From NCBI GenBank assembly GCA_048939245.1, contig JBHLPR010000002.1:1-64000 (forward strand): DNA of 64,000 bases, given 5' to 3'. A program made the position numbers and the translations under genes. Under the pieces are notes generated by a model. It saw nothing but the letters and a program-made list of their open reading frames with translations. It searched no databases and was not told the origin of the DNA. Each line of letters opens with the position of its first letter. Position 1 is the stretch's first letter. Source of the DNA: Promethearchaeota archaeon (GTDB lineage Archaea > Asgardarchaeota > Hermodarchaeia > Hermodarchaeales > Hermodarchaeaceae). Positions 37,779 to 47,691 of the stretch are shown here, piece after piece.

Positions 37779-39519
37779 TGTTCTGGGTGGGTTAGAAACC
37801 TTGTCAACACTCATGGAGACACAACAGAACATTGGTTGGCGGGAAGCCTGGAGAATTGCAGGAAAGATTGCGTTCGAGGTGCAGTTCCGATCTGCAATGT
37901 CCATGAGCTCCGGGGCAATGACTCAGACGGTCGAAAAGCAAATCGATAAAGCTCGAAGTAATGCCCGCTTTAGCAAGTTGACTGTCAGCATTTTCATTAC
38001 TATGCTAGCTGCAGTGTTTGGCTTTGTGGTGTGGGGTACCCTTAGTGGCCTCTATGGAACACCTGAAGAATTCCGATGGATTACCATTGCATTCACGGTG
38101 TCCATCTTCTGCTCATTGGGTTTCGCGTTCCTTGTTTTTTGGGGAATTATGGTTTCTACTTCGTTTATTTCATCCAATGCCGCTAGCATCGGTCATTATC
38201 TTCCGGTCTCTCGAGTGGATACAGGAAAATTGGCTCTCCTGTCGTATGTGCGTTTATTTGATGCCCAGATGATATCTATCGTCGTTGGATTTCCCCTAGC
38301 CTATGCTATTGCCCTTTATTTTGTGTCTGGACTCGCTATTCCCGCATTTCTTGGCTACCTCGCTTGTCTTGTCGGCTTTCTCGTCAGCGTCGGGCTAGCA
38401 ATCACCACTATGCTCTTACTTGCTCTCTACTTTTATACTCGTATCCAATCAACCGGTGGATCCCGACTCGGATCAATAGTACGATTATTATTCATCGTAC
38501 TTTGGGTAGTAGCTATCATGGGATTTTCCTTAGCCTTCCAGCTACTGAACATCATCATCCCCCTCCTTGAAGGTCTGGCGATCCAACTAACCCCCTTTTG
38601 GTATCTCCTCTATTTTGCATATCCTTTCTCCATGGGCACGTTCGTCGTGTTAGCTACCGGAATTCCCGGTACCCCCGCCTTTTGGCTAGATTTCGTAGTT
38701 GTCGGATTTTATGTGGCCTTAGCGCTCATTGGGCTTCGTTGGTCGCGCAATTTCCTGCAACATATTGGCACAGGTGCTGTTACAGTTTCTACTTCGAATG
38801 TTGTTCATCCTGTCACTGTTAAATTAAGTCGTGTCGGAGTTGCTCTGTTGCGGAAGGACTTGCGAATCGCCACGAGAACTCCTGGGCAGGCAATAATGTT
38901 CTTTCTTCCCTTCATAACCATGCTTCCGATTTTCCTCCAGTTTATCTGGGAAATTGGGGTAGTACACGTCTCCGATCTTCTCATTTTCATCGTTATTCCA
39001 ACAGTCATGTTGGGGTTTTTCTCCATCTTCTTTCTCAGTGTAGAAGCTCGCGGAATGGCTTACACGATGACCTTACCATTGCCAACTGAAAGAATTCTTC
39101 GAGCAAAAGCACAACTGTTAACTTTAACAGCGATTGCCATTCCAGTTTTTGTGATAGCCATCTCATTCTTTAAGCCATTCACGAATCCGGTTTCCTTTCT
39201 CATTGCCGCATCGATGGTGCCTACTGTTTATGTTTCCGCCTATATCACCCTGGTCTTATTTACACGGGTCGTTGGAGGAGGGCGCCTTATTGGTTTTGAA
39301 TTAGGTCAACATATAACCCAAATGATGCTTGTCGGAGTGTTGAGCGCATTGATTGCTTTCATTCCAATCGGAATATTTGCTGCTTGCTGGTTTACAATTT
39401 TCTTGTCGGGCTATCCAGTACAAATTGCTCATTTCGTCGCGCTTGCCGGCTTATGGTTGGGCATTATCGTGAACTATCTGCTCGGAAAAATACTCGCGCG
39501 ATTTCTGATAATTGGCTAG
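37768..39519 (+). CDS. ABC-2-type exporter permease
   Basis: Multi-TM; overlaps the ATPase gene; LLRKDLR...TLPL....ILRAK pattern. Confidence 0.85.
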   Translation: MISDVLGGLETLSTLMETQQNIGWREAWRIAGKIAFEVQFRSAMSMSSGAMTQTVEKQIDKARSNARFSKLTVSIFITMLAAVFGFVVWGTLSGLYGTPEEFRWITIAFTVSIFCSLGFAFLVFWGIMVSTSFISSNAASIGHYLPVSRVDTGKLALLSYVRLFDAQMISIVVGFPLAYAIALYFVSGLAIPAFLGYLACLVGFLVSVGLAITTMLLLALYFYTRIQSTGGSRLGSIVRLLFIVLWVVAIMGFSLAFQLLNIIIPLLEGLAIQLTPFWYLLYFAYPFSMGTFVVLATGIPGTPAFWLDFVVVGFYVALALIGLRWSRNFLQHIGTGAVTVSTSNVVHPVTVKLSRVGVALLRKDLRIATRTPGQAIMFFLPFITMLPIFLQFIWEIGVVHVSDLLIFIVIPTVMLGFFSIFFLSVEARGMAYTMTLPLPTERILRAKAQLLTLTAIAIPVFVIAISFFKPFTNPVSFLIAASMVPTVYVSAYITLVLFTRVVGGGRLIGFELGQHITQMMLVGVLSALIAFIPIGIFAACWFTIFLSGYPVQIAHFVALAGLWLGIIVNYLLGKILARFLIIG

Positions 39520-39559
39520 GGGCACTCGCTTTTTACATTGGAACTAATCTCTAGCGGAC

Positions 39560-40174
39560 TTACGGTTTCATGAGTTTTTCTAATAAAACGTACAGGCGGT
39601 CCATGGTTTTGTAAAGCGTTTTCAATCCCCGTTTATCTGCTTCAGCACCTTTCGCACGCTTGTCTTTGGACCAGATTGTTGCCCCAAGGTTTGCGCCAAA
39701 TGCTCCACCACCTGTCGATAAGATATGATTGATGATATAGAAATCATGAATGGTGCGCAGCGTTGGTTCTTGACCTCCACTCCGGTCGCCACCGACTGCA
39801 ATTCCTGTCCCGATTTTTCCTTCAAAGATGTCGGGTTGTCGTACAACCATTGCTCGCGTGCGATCTAAGAGGGTTTTGAGTTGACCGCTGATATTGCCTT
39901 GATAGACTGGGCTGCCAAGAACATAGGCTTGTGCCCATTCCATGAGTTCATAGACTTCAACCATGTCATCTTTAAAGACACACCCTTCTTTCTTTCGAAT
40001 GCAGTAATCACAATGAATACAAAAATTCAGTTTCTTCCCAGCCACTGAGAAATACTTCGTTTCTACCGCGAATTTGTTCTTCAAATACTTGAGGGCTTCT
40101 TGGACGATATAATCGGTGGCCGCTTTTCGCGGACTTCCAGATATCCCAAGAACTCGATACGGGAGATTACTCAT
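39560..40174 (-). CDS. Iron-sulfur flavoprotein (Isf) / flavodoxin family
   Basis: ISGSPRK, CIHCDYC....C, DDM, GSPVY and GGDRSGGQE motifs. Confidence 0.92.
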   Translation of the reverse strand: MSNLPYRVLGISGSPRKAATDYIVQEALKYLKNKFAVETKYFSVAGKKLNFCIHCDYCIRKKEGCVFKDDMVEVYELMEWAQAYVLGSPVYQGNISGQLKTLLDRTRAMVVRQPDIFEGKIGTGIAVGGDRSGGQEPTLRTIHDFYIINHILSTGGGAFGANLGATIWSKDKRAKGAEADKRGLKTLYKTMDRLYVLLEKLMKP

Positions 40175-40610
40175 TAAGGTGCACCATTACCACCATTGGC
40201 TTAGCGTTTTATCTACCTTCTCAATTATCAACACGCAATCGTAAAGCACTTCATACGTAATCTATCTGATTCTTATTAAGCTATTAATCGACGTAGTGTA
40301 CGGAAACTTTCAATCCCTAGATGCAAACTTGAAGGAGGGCTGTAATAGACTAGTGATGTGGTGCTCAGTTGCACTCATCAAGTAAGAATTCAACCGCGCC
40401 TTTCTTCCTCGGCACTGTAATCTTATAATAGCACCTTTCCTCACGGAGTGTAGCTACGTCATTCGAAGAGCTCGTCTACCGCCAATAGAAAAGTGTCAAA
40501 ACTTGATTCCTTGGGAAAAAATGTCAAGCTGCTTAATTTATAAGGTGACTAAGAGAGAATCCTAGTCAATTGCTTCTTTAAAGAAGTAATTAAATTTCAA
40601 TCTACGAAAG

Positions 40611-40988
40611 GTGAAAAAATTGGCTGATCGTCCTATTGGGGTAACAATAATCGCTATCCTACAACTCATCGGCGCTATTGCGTTTCTTGCGCTTGGTGCT
40701 CTCTCTGTGATGAATGGCATGGCAATTCCGCTATTGGGAATTATTCTAATGGCTTTTGGTGCTTTCATGGTTATCTGGGGTATCATTGGGCTCATCCTAT
40801 TCTGGGGACTCTTTGCAATGAAGGGCTGGGCCTGGCTAATCACATTGCTTTTCAATATAATTGGTTTAGTCACCGGTATCTTTGGATTCTACAATTCTGC
40901 TTTTACTGACTTTACACAGTTGGTCAATGTCATCATCCCACTCATAATCGTAATTTATCTCTTCTTCGTTAGAGATGCCTTCAAGTAG
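40611..40988 (+). CDS. Small membrane protein (RPxGVTI family)
   Basis: DRPIGVTIIAIL...WGL..MKGWAW...IIVIYLF pattern, 4 TM; probable start is the TTG at 40620. Confidence 0.75.
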   Translation: MKKLADRPIGVTIIAILQLIGAIAFLALGALSVMNGMAIPLLGIILMAFGAFMVIWGIIGLILFWGLFAMKGWAWLITLLFNIIGLVTGIFGFYNSAFTDFTQLVNVIIPLIIVIYLFFVRDAFK

Positions 40989-41018
40989 TCTACCCCACAT
41001 TATATACGCTATTTTTAT

Positions 41019-41041
41019 CGGTGCCCTCTTTTGGGGCACCG
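41019..41041 (+). terminator. GC hairpin downstream of the small membrane protein
   Basis: CGGTGCCC/GGGCACCG stem, followed shortly by TATTTTT. Confidence 0.5.
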
Positions 41042-41367
41042 TCCACTATTTTTCCTATCATCAAAGCAATACTATTAGAAACATCAGGGATCCTCGTCTC
41101 CTTTTGAACTGTGAATCAGTCTTGTGAAGCGTGGTAAATCAAAAAATCTAAACCTTATTGCAATAGAATAATTGGAAAGATTTTCGTTGGCTATTCCCTC
41201 AATAAGCCCCGAATTTCCTAATCCAAAAAATTATGCTACCGGGGTTCACATGCGTTTGAACCTGAATAGCTGATAGTTATTCGCCAATAGAAATGCTGTT
41301 GAAAACGATTTATACAATAGTTCTCGAAAAAGAGATAACCCAAATAACCTGATACCATCTAAATATT

Positions 41368-41937
41368 ATGGATACGAGCTGGTCTGTGATGTCTGTGAAA
41401 TTTGCCTGGGCGATAACTGGGGCGGGGGATTACATAGCTGAATCAGTAGCTGTGATGAAAGAGATCGTGAATGAACATGATGTTGAAGTTTTAGTCTTTC
41501 TGTCCAAAGCAGGCAAGCAAGTCATCAAATGGTACAAATTAATGAAAGAATTGGAAGCGATTTCATCCCAAATACGTACAGAGCTTGACGCCAATACTCC
41601 ATTCATTGCTGGTACCCTACAAAAAAGGACTCACCGCTTTCTTGTCGTCATGCCAGCCACTGCAAATACAGTAGCAAAAATCGCTTATGGCATCGCTGAT
41701 ACCCTTGTGACTAACGCCGTAGCGCAAGCCATGAAAACTTCTGTTCCTATTTACATCTATCCCGTCGATCAAAAACCGGGAACTGTGACTACCGTGTTAC
41801 CAAGTGGGGCAAAATTAGAGCTTATCACACGGGAAGTGGATCTAGAGAATGTAGAAAAACTTCGTGCGATGAAAGGAATGACCGTGCTGGGGCATCCATC
41901 TGAGATCAAAGAACACCTTAGCCACTATCTAAAATGA
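41368..41937 (+). CDS. afpA: Archaeoflavoprotein AfpA (DmrX-related, no Fe-S domain)
   Basis: AWAITGAG, PATANTVAKIAYGIADTLVTNAVAQA and YPVDQ motifs. Confidence 0.88.
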   Translation: MDTSWSVMSVKFAWAITGAGDYIAESVAVMKEIVNEHDVEVLVFLSKAGKQVIKWYKLMKELEAISSQIRTELDANTPFIAGTLQKRTHRFLVVMPATANTVAKIAYGIADTLVTNAVAQAMKTSVPIYIYPVDQKPGTVTTVLPSGAKLELITREVDLENVEKLRAMKGMTVLGHPSEIKEHLSHYLK

Positions 41938-41949
41938 AAGAGTAGACGT

Positions 41950-42381
41950 CTAATCCAGTATCCCCGCTTCCTTTAGGAGCAGTTGGGTATCTTCATGTAT
42001 CTCATTCACAATTGCTACTACTTCTTCTTTTGTAAACCAATCTCCTTCCCCTACATCAGACGCTGGTTTGAACTGACCATCTTGAACTTTCGCAATAACG
42101 TCTAAATATAGAATGTGCTCTTTGATTGTTCCGTCTGCTTCTCGTATCATGCGTTCCATGGGTCGAACCCAACGCAGAATTTCAATCTCCAATCCCGTTT
42201 CTTCAGATATTTCACGTCGCACACCCACTTCGAGGGACTCACCGAATTCAAGACGACCTCCGGGACAAATGTATCTTTCTCGCCAGAATCCACCTTTTTC
42301 CGGAACGTGCTTTACAAGTAGAACTCGCTGGTCATCATTAAAAATCACAGCACCCACACAAGGTACGATTTGTTTCGTCAT
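41950..42381 (-). CDS. NUDIX hydrolase
   Basis: PGGRLEFGESLEVGVRREISEETGL Nudix box; start at ATG 42381. Confidence 0.92.
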   Translation of the reverse strand: MTKQIVPCVGAVIFNDDQRVLLVKHVPEKGGFWRERYICPGGRLEFGESLEVGVRREISEETGLEIEILRWVRPMERMIREADGTIKEHILYLDVIAKVQDGQFKPASDVGEGDWFTKEEVVAIVNEIHEDTQLLLKEAGILD

Positions 42382-42509
42382 TATATCACACTCATAATAT
42401 GACAGATGCAAGTCTTTGTGAAGAGAAACGCTTAAATTCATTTAGGAGCAGAACGCCCATTAACACCTTTATACTTCATGGCTGTAAAATAATTGTGGGG
42501 TCATCTACT

Positions 42510-43577
42510 ATGAGCAAAATCAAAATAGCCATTGCAGGCGTTGGAAATTGTGCTAGTAGCCTTGTACAAGCCCTCCAGCATTATGGGCATCCCGATACGG
42601 CTGAAGAAAGTGCAGGGCTAGCCCATCCCATGTTGGGCAATTATACTGTGAGTGATATTGAAATCGTATCTGCTTTTGATGTGGACCAACGCAAAGTCGG
42701 AAAAGATCTAAGTAAAGCCATATTCGCCTCTCCAAACAATGCTCCAACATTCGCCAAGGTCCCTGCCATGAAGATTCCTGTTCAACGCGGACCAACCCTT
42801 GATGGCATTACGTCTGAGCTTCGTGAACTTGTGAAAGAGAGTGAAGCGAAACCTGTTGATATTACGACGGCTCTGAAGGAAAGCAAAGTGGATATCCTTT
42901 TAGGCCTTTTACCCAGTGGGGCGAGCAAGGCCACCTATCATTACGCTACCGCCGCTTTAAACGCTGGGTGTGCCTACATCAATACCTCCCCTGTGTTATT
43001 AGCTAGCGACCGTGAATGGGCCAATCGATTCCTGAAAGCGAAAATGCCGGTTGTTGGGGATGACCTAATGAGCCAGTTAGGCGCGACAGCATTGCATCGA
43101 GCTCTACTAGATTTTTTAGTTAAACGCGGAGTACGAATCCAAGAGAGCTATCAGCTAGATGTGGGCGGTGGCACTGAATCCTTAGAATCGCTTCACCGCG
43201 CCCGTGATCAAAAGCGATCCTTGAAAACAAATATCGTGTCCACGGAGGTTCCCTATGCCGTCCCAGTCACCGCAGGATCAACAGATTATGTATATTTCTT
43301 AGGTAACCGCCGGGAAAGTTACTTCTATTTACGAGGAAAATATATTGGAGACGCAGACTTCAAAATTGATCTCCGCCTAGTTAGTCAAGACGCACCGAAT
43401 AGTACTTCCATTCTCTTGGATGTAATCCGTGGCGTCCAGATTGGGCTCGATCGCGGATTTACGGGTCCTATTGATGCAGTGTGCTCATATGGCTTTAAAG
43501 CTCCTCCTCGCCCCTATCCTCTCTCGGTCAGTGAAACCATTTTTGAACATTTCATTCGCAGCACACGACCGGTCTAA
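42510..43577 (+). CDS. ino1: myo-Inositol-1-phosphate synthase
   Basis: KIAIAGVGNCASSLVQ, AFDVD.RKVG.D, GDDLMSQLGAT and DAPNS motifs; ATG at 42510. Confidence 0.92.
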   Translation: MSKIKIAIAGVGNCASSLVQALQHYGHPDTAEESAGLAHPMLGNYTVSDIEIVSAFDVDQRKVGKDLSKAIFASPNNAPTFAKVPAMKIPVQRGPTLDGITSELRELVKESEAKPVDITTALKESKVDILLGLLPSGASKATYHYATAALNAGCAYINTSPVLLASDREWANRFLKAKMPVVGDDLMSQLGATALHRALLDFLVKRGVRIQESYQLDVGGGTESLESLHRARDQKRSLKTNIVSTEVPYAVPVTAGSTDYVYFLGNRRESYFYLRGKYIGDADFKIDLRLVSQDAPNSTSILLDVIRGVQIGLDRGFTGPIDAVCSYGFKAPPRPYPLSVSETIFEHFIRSTRPV

Positions 43578-43660
43578 ATTTGCCCTTCTAGTGCTCTTTT
43601 ATATGCAATGGCTTGCAACGCATAAGCTACTATTTCATGAATTGTTGGAGTGTGTAACAG

Positions 43661-44545
43661 TTGCGAATTGGAATCGCCATAAGTCGAGACCGCCCAAATT
43701 GGCCGGTTCGTCGATTGATACGTGCTTTAGACGCCAAGTCCTGTGAGAACTTTATCTTTTGTCTCAAAGACCTTTCAGTGCATATGAACTCAAAGGAAAT
43801 GCAATTTCTCCTGCCACGCCGTCGGTCACTTGATGCAAATGGGATTATACTTCGGAGTATCGGCGGGGGCTCCACAGATCAAATTACAAGTCGGATATCC
43901 CTGCTTGAAGCTCTCGAATTCACAGGGACTCGAATTTTCAATCGAGCGTATAGTCATCGGCGAGCCAAAGATAAATTCGCCACTTTGGTTTGGTTAGCAC
44001 ATAATGGAATCCCAATTCCAAGCACCACAGTGACTGAAAGGCTTACTGTCGCAGTTGCCTCTACAAAGCGGTATAGAGATATCGTTTCAAAACCTCTCCG
44101 TGGCTCACAAGGTCAAGGAATATTCCGGTTACAGGATCCGGATTTGGCTTTTCGAATTTTTAAAATTATGCAAACCGCGAATCAGACGATGTTGATTCAG
44201 GAATTCATCAAAACCCCGGGTCGGGATATCCGGGTGTTTGTAGTTGGAGCGAATGTTATTGGGGCTATGTATCGATATGCAAAACCTGGTGATTGGAAGA
44301 CCAATGTCTCTCGCGGTGGTAAACCGAAAAAATGTCCCGTTTCTAATGAATTAGAGGAGCTTGCCCTGACTGCGGCTCATGCATTAAAGATGGACTTTGC
44401 AGGGATTGATATCTTGGAGTCAAATGGTCAATTGGTGGTGAGCGAGGTAAATGCCGCCCCGAATTGGAGTGGGCTTCAAAAGGCAACGGGTGTGGATGCC
44501 GCCGAGGCAATTGTTTCTCATATTCTACAGGAACTAAAGCGCTAG
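43661..44545 (+). CDS. RimK-family ATP-grasp glutamate ligase (MptN/CofF-like)
   Basis: KPLRGSQGQG, QEFI, DIRVFVVG, WKTNVSRGG and EVNAAP motifs. Confidence 0.92.
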   Translation: MRIGIAISRDRPNWPVRRLIRALDAKSCENFIFCLKDLSVHMNSKEMQFLLPRRRSLDANGIILRSIGGGSTDQITSRISLLEALEFTGTRIFNRAYSHRRAKDKFATLVWLAHNGIPIPSTTVTERLTVAVASTKRYRDIVSKPLRGSQGQGIFRLQDPDLAFRIFKIMQTANQTMLIQEFIKTPGRDIRVFVVGANVIGAMYRYAKPGDWKTNVSRGGKPKKCPVSNELEELALTAAHALKMDFAGIDILESNGQLVVSEVNAAPNWSGLQKATGVDAAEAIVSHILQELKR

Positions 44546-44546
44546 T

Positions 44547-44592
44547 AAAAAAAGAAAGGAGGGATGCAGTGATTAATTTCACAATACATCCC
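44547..44592 (-). terminator. Hairpin + oligo-T terminator (possibly bidirectional)
   Basis: GGGATG...CATCCC stem at 44561-44592, followed on the minus strand by TCCTTTCTTTTTTT. Confidence 0.6.
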
Positions 44593-44599
44593 GGGAATC

Positions 44600-44701
44600 T
44601 TAGAGCAGTTTAGCCTTAACATGGCCAGATTGGGCCATCAGTTCGTGGGTCCATAATGTTCCGCGCCTTCTTTGATTCGATGTAAGGGGGATCGTGTCCA
44701 C
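44600..44701 (-). CDS. Candidate leaderless 33-aa small protein MDTIPLTSNQRRRGTLWTHELMAQSGHVKAKLL
   Basis: GTG start about 25 nt downstream of a CGAAACGC-TTTTAAAC promoter; stop lies just upstream (7 nt) of the terminator hairpin. Confidence 0.5.
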   Translation of the reverse strand: MDTIPLTSNQRRRGTLWTHELMAQSGHVKAKLL

Positions 44702-45220
44702 TCACGCGCGAATTTTGTTTAGTTTAAAAGCGTTTCGTGAAATCCTTAGATTAACAAGAAGGATATTGAATCGATGAGCTGCCTCTAAAGAACCGTTAAA
44801 GCCCGATTTCACAATCTCAGTATCAAAAACACTGGGCTTTATACAGATTAGGGAAAAATATCCAATGCTGTTTTTTGTCTGATAAAAAAATTATCGGGAA
44901 ATCTCGTGATTAGTACTGTAAATATCTCGAATGAATTCGATTCTCAACCGTAAATGCAGGTATACGGTCTTCTTGCATTTTTAAGCACCCTCACAGAGCG
45001 CAATTTGACCTTGTATTTCTCATTCGCTCCCCATATCGCTTAAGAATCGTTGAATTCACAGCTTTGGTTTGATGGAACGTAACCGTGTGGTCATTGATTG
45101 AACCTGACTCGGACATTAGGTCCACTAGCGGCTTTGAAGTGAGCGTAGTGGATCAATGCCTTCCATCTACTCTAAGTCCCAGGTTTCGTTTCACCAGTAA
45201 AAAGAATAGGGAGCGAGAAT

Positions 45221-46798
45221 ATGATTTGGAAACTACTTTCCAAGCTGCTATATCAAACCAAAGTGAAACCATTTATCAAAACTCTTCAAAACCCCGCAGC
45301 AGCTCAAATGGAACGGCTTGAACAGCTAATAAAAAGTTCTGAAAAAACGGTATATGGAAGACGTCATAATTTTTCGAAGATACGAAATTATGATGATTTT
45401 GTAAAGAACGTTCCGATCAATCAATATGCTACCCTTCAACCCTATATTCACGAGGAACTGAAGGGCACTGAGAATGTCTTATACCCCGAACCCGTATTTG
45501 CGGTGATGGCCACAAGCGGAACCACGGGTGAACCCAAATTAATTCCCTACACGGCAAGGACGTGGAAGTCTGCAAATCGGTTCCAGTTACTTTATTTTGC
45601 TTCAGCAGATTCAATCCGACCCTTTCTCCAAGGAAAATTACTAGCCATAATGGCTCCATCCATCTACAAGCGTATGGAAAACTGGGATATTGGGTACCTT
45701 ACCGGATATGGCATGAAACACGCAAATCGATTCTTGAGAAGTAAAATCGTTCCGAAGACCGATGTGTTTGACATCCTTAATTGGGAAGAAAAATTCCGAG
45801 AAACAATTCGTCAAGCCATTGAAAAACGCAATATCACAGCCTGTATCGGGCTTACATCCTTTGTTATGGCCTTACTTCGACGTACGAAATACGAATCTCT
45901 CGATTGGCTGGTTCATGATCCAAGTATCTCACCGAAAACAAAACAACGACTCAAAGCTGCTATCACTGATGATAATGCAATCGATTTGCAAACCCTTTGG
46001 CCCAATATGTCTGTGGTCTTTTCTTCTGGGGTGGTAAAAGAACTGTATACCCCCGTGATCAAGGATTTAGTTGGTGAAGTTCATGTCCACGAAGCCTATG
46101 CAGGAACTGAGGGAACCTATGGGTTTCAGCTGTTAGAAGACCAGCGAGGGGTTGTACCGGTTGTTGATGACATAGTATTCGAATTTGTCCAATCACGGGA
46201 TGGAATGCTTCCTTCGGATACGCAAGCGATTCCCCTTTCTGATGTAAAACTCAATACTCCGTATCGAATCGTGGTTACGACTCCAAGTGGATTATGGCGA
46301 TATGATGTCCATGATATAGTGATATTCACCTCCCTCGACCCCATTTCTCTCCAATGTCTTGGGAAAAGTCAAAATACCATCAACATTAGTGGTGAAAAAG
46401 TCTCTGAAGGAGATATTAGTGCAGCTCTGACATTAGCTAGTGAAGACCAAGGGCTACTTGTCCGCGAATTCGTGGTTGCTCCTGAGGTTACGGATAAAGG
46501 TGGAACCTATCACATCTTTGCCGAGTTCGGGCAGTCCCCTTCGAATCTTGAGTTATTCATGAAACGTTTTGACATCCACCTTCAACATGTAAACGAACTC
46601 TATTATCACGTTCGCGCTGCACGAACCGTCCTCCCAGCTATAATTCATCCTGTGACTTTGGGGACCTTCGATTTACTTGAACGTCAACGTCTCCGTGAAC
46701 AGAACAAAGCGATTGGACAGACAAAAATGCCGCGAATTACCAGCCTGGATCACGCGCTAGAAAATTTACTGCCCGTAAACTTATCAATCGAAGGCTAA
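45221..46798 (+). CDS. GH3 family acyl-acid amido synthetase
   Basis: ATSGTTGEPKLIPYT, YAGTEG, FEF, VVTTPSGLWRY...D, SGEKV and GQTKMPR motifs. Confidence 0.9.
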   Translation: MIWKLLSKLLYQTKVKPFIKTLQNPAAAQMERLEQLIKSSEKTVYGRRHNFSKIRNYDDFVKNVPINQYATLQPYIHEELKGTENVLYPEPVFAVMATSGTTGEPKLIPYTARTWKSANRFQLLYFASADSIRPFLQGKLLAIMAPSIYKRMENWDIGYLTGYGMKHANRFLRSKIVPKTDVFDILNWEEKFRETIRQAIEKRNITACIGLTSFVMALLRRTKYESLDWLVHDPSISPKTKQRLKAAITDDNAIDLQTLWPNMSVVFSSGVVKELYTPVIKDLVGEVHVHEAYAGTEGTYGFQLLEDQRGVVPVVDDIVFEFVQSRDGMLPSDTQAIPLSDVKLNTPYRIVVTTPSGLWRYDVHDIVIFTSLDPISLQCLGKSQNTINISGEKVSEGDISAALTLASEDQGLLVREFVVAPEVTDKGGTYHIFAEFGQSPSNLELFMKRFDIHLQHVNELYYHVRAARTVLPAIIHPVTLGTFDLLERQRLREQNKAIGQTKMPRITSLDHALENLLPVNLSIEG

Positions 46799-46802
46799 AT
46801 AC

Positions 46803-46866
46803 ACGGGAGGAGAGTCGTCTTGGCACATGACTCCCGTTGCTCCCTATTTTCTGATTCAGAAGGGAG
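46803..46866. terminator. Two tandem hairpins between convergent genes
   Basis: ACGGGAG/CTCCCGT (46803-46837) and CTCCCT/AGGGAG (46840-46866) inverted repeats. Confidence 0.4.
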
Positions 46867-47526
46867 TTATTGCTTTTCTGTTAGTCGACCAGTTTTAGCA
46901 TAGCCTGGTTTGATAAGCAATCCAACAGCGAGGATGCTGAGACCAATAAGATCGAGGATTTCAGAAACCCACGTTAGATTTATGGTGCTCAAGGGGACTT
47001 TCAGTGCTTGTCCAAACATGGCAATGATTACACCAATTGCCATGACCAATCCATGAACATCAGGTAGCCGTTTCCAATACCAGGCTAGTATGAAGGTTAT
47101 AATAAACACGATGAATAACGCAAATAAGAACGGCATCACCCATAAGCGGACGAGGTTTATTTCTGGGGCCAGCCAAGTCACAGATAAGAGCACTACCACG
47201 TAAACAATGACGATAAGGTATCCTAATCGGGGGCGTTCGTTAAACCAGATTAATAGGGTCGCGATTAACCAGAAAATGAGTGTAAAGGTAACAATTGTGG
47301 TTCGAATCTTGAAGATGACGAGTTCAGGGGGAAGAATCGCCAAATCCATCAAGACATCGAGACTTTCTCCAACTGCCGCAAAAAGCATGGCAATACCGAA
47401 AAGGAAAGGCATGTCTGTATAGAATCGATTCTTACCTCGGAACCATTTTGCCAGGAGTATCAATCCGATTAGGGTCATAACAAAGACTTTGAAGATTTCA
47501 ATAATCGGAAGCAGGGGTTCACTCAT
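46867..47526 (-). CDS. Hypothetical ~7-TM membrane protein
   Basis: Seven hydrophobic segments; GGTGA SD upstream of the ATG. Confidence 0.75.
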   Translation of the reverse strand: MSEPLLPIIEIFKVFVMTLIGLILLAKWFRGKNRFYTDMPFLFGIAMLFAAVGESLDVLMDLAILPPELVIFKIRTTIVTFTLIFWLIATLLIWFNERPRLGYLIVIVYVVVLLSVTWLAPEINLVRLWVMPFLFALFIVFIITFILAWYWKRLPDVHGLVMAIGVIIAMFGQALKVPLSTINLTWVSEILDLIGLSILAVGLLIKPGYAKTGRLTEKQ

Positions 47527-47691
47527 TGAGGATCACCAGGGCGAGTGGCGTATCAGTAATTAGTTTTTGCTTTTAAGCATTTAAACTACAATTTTCCCCC
47601 TGATGTCAGGGCTGGCTGTTGTACTCGTTTATTTTGCTGTTACAGCCGATTCTAGTATGTTCAAATACCTCCTGTTGGTATTTCACCAAAC

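Noticed and set aside
40480-41293. Direct repeat CGCCAATAGAAA at ~40480 and ~41282 flanking the small membrane gene
   Set aside because: Only two 12-bp copies with no mobile-element hallmarks; may be chance.
44616-44705. Alternative 29-aa ORF (MSGHDPPY...) or selenoprotein readthrough
   Set aside because: The start lies upstream of the expected TSS, and there is no in-frame TGA on careful translation; the 33-aa frame fits promoter and terminator better.
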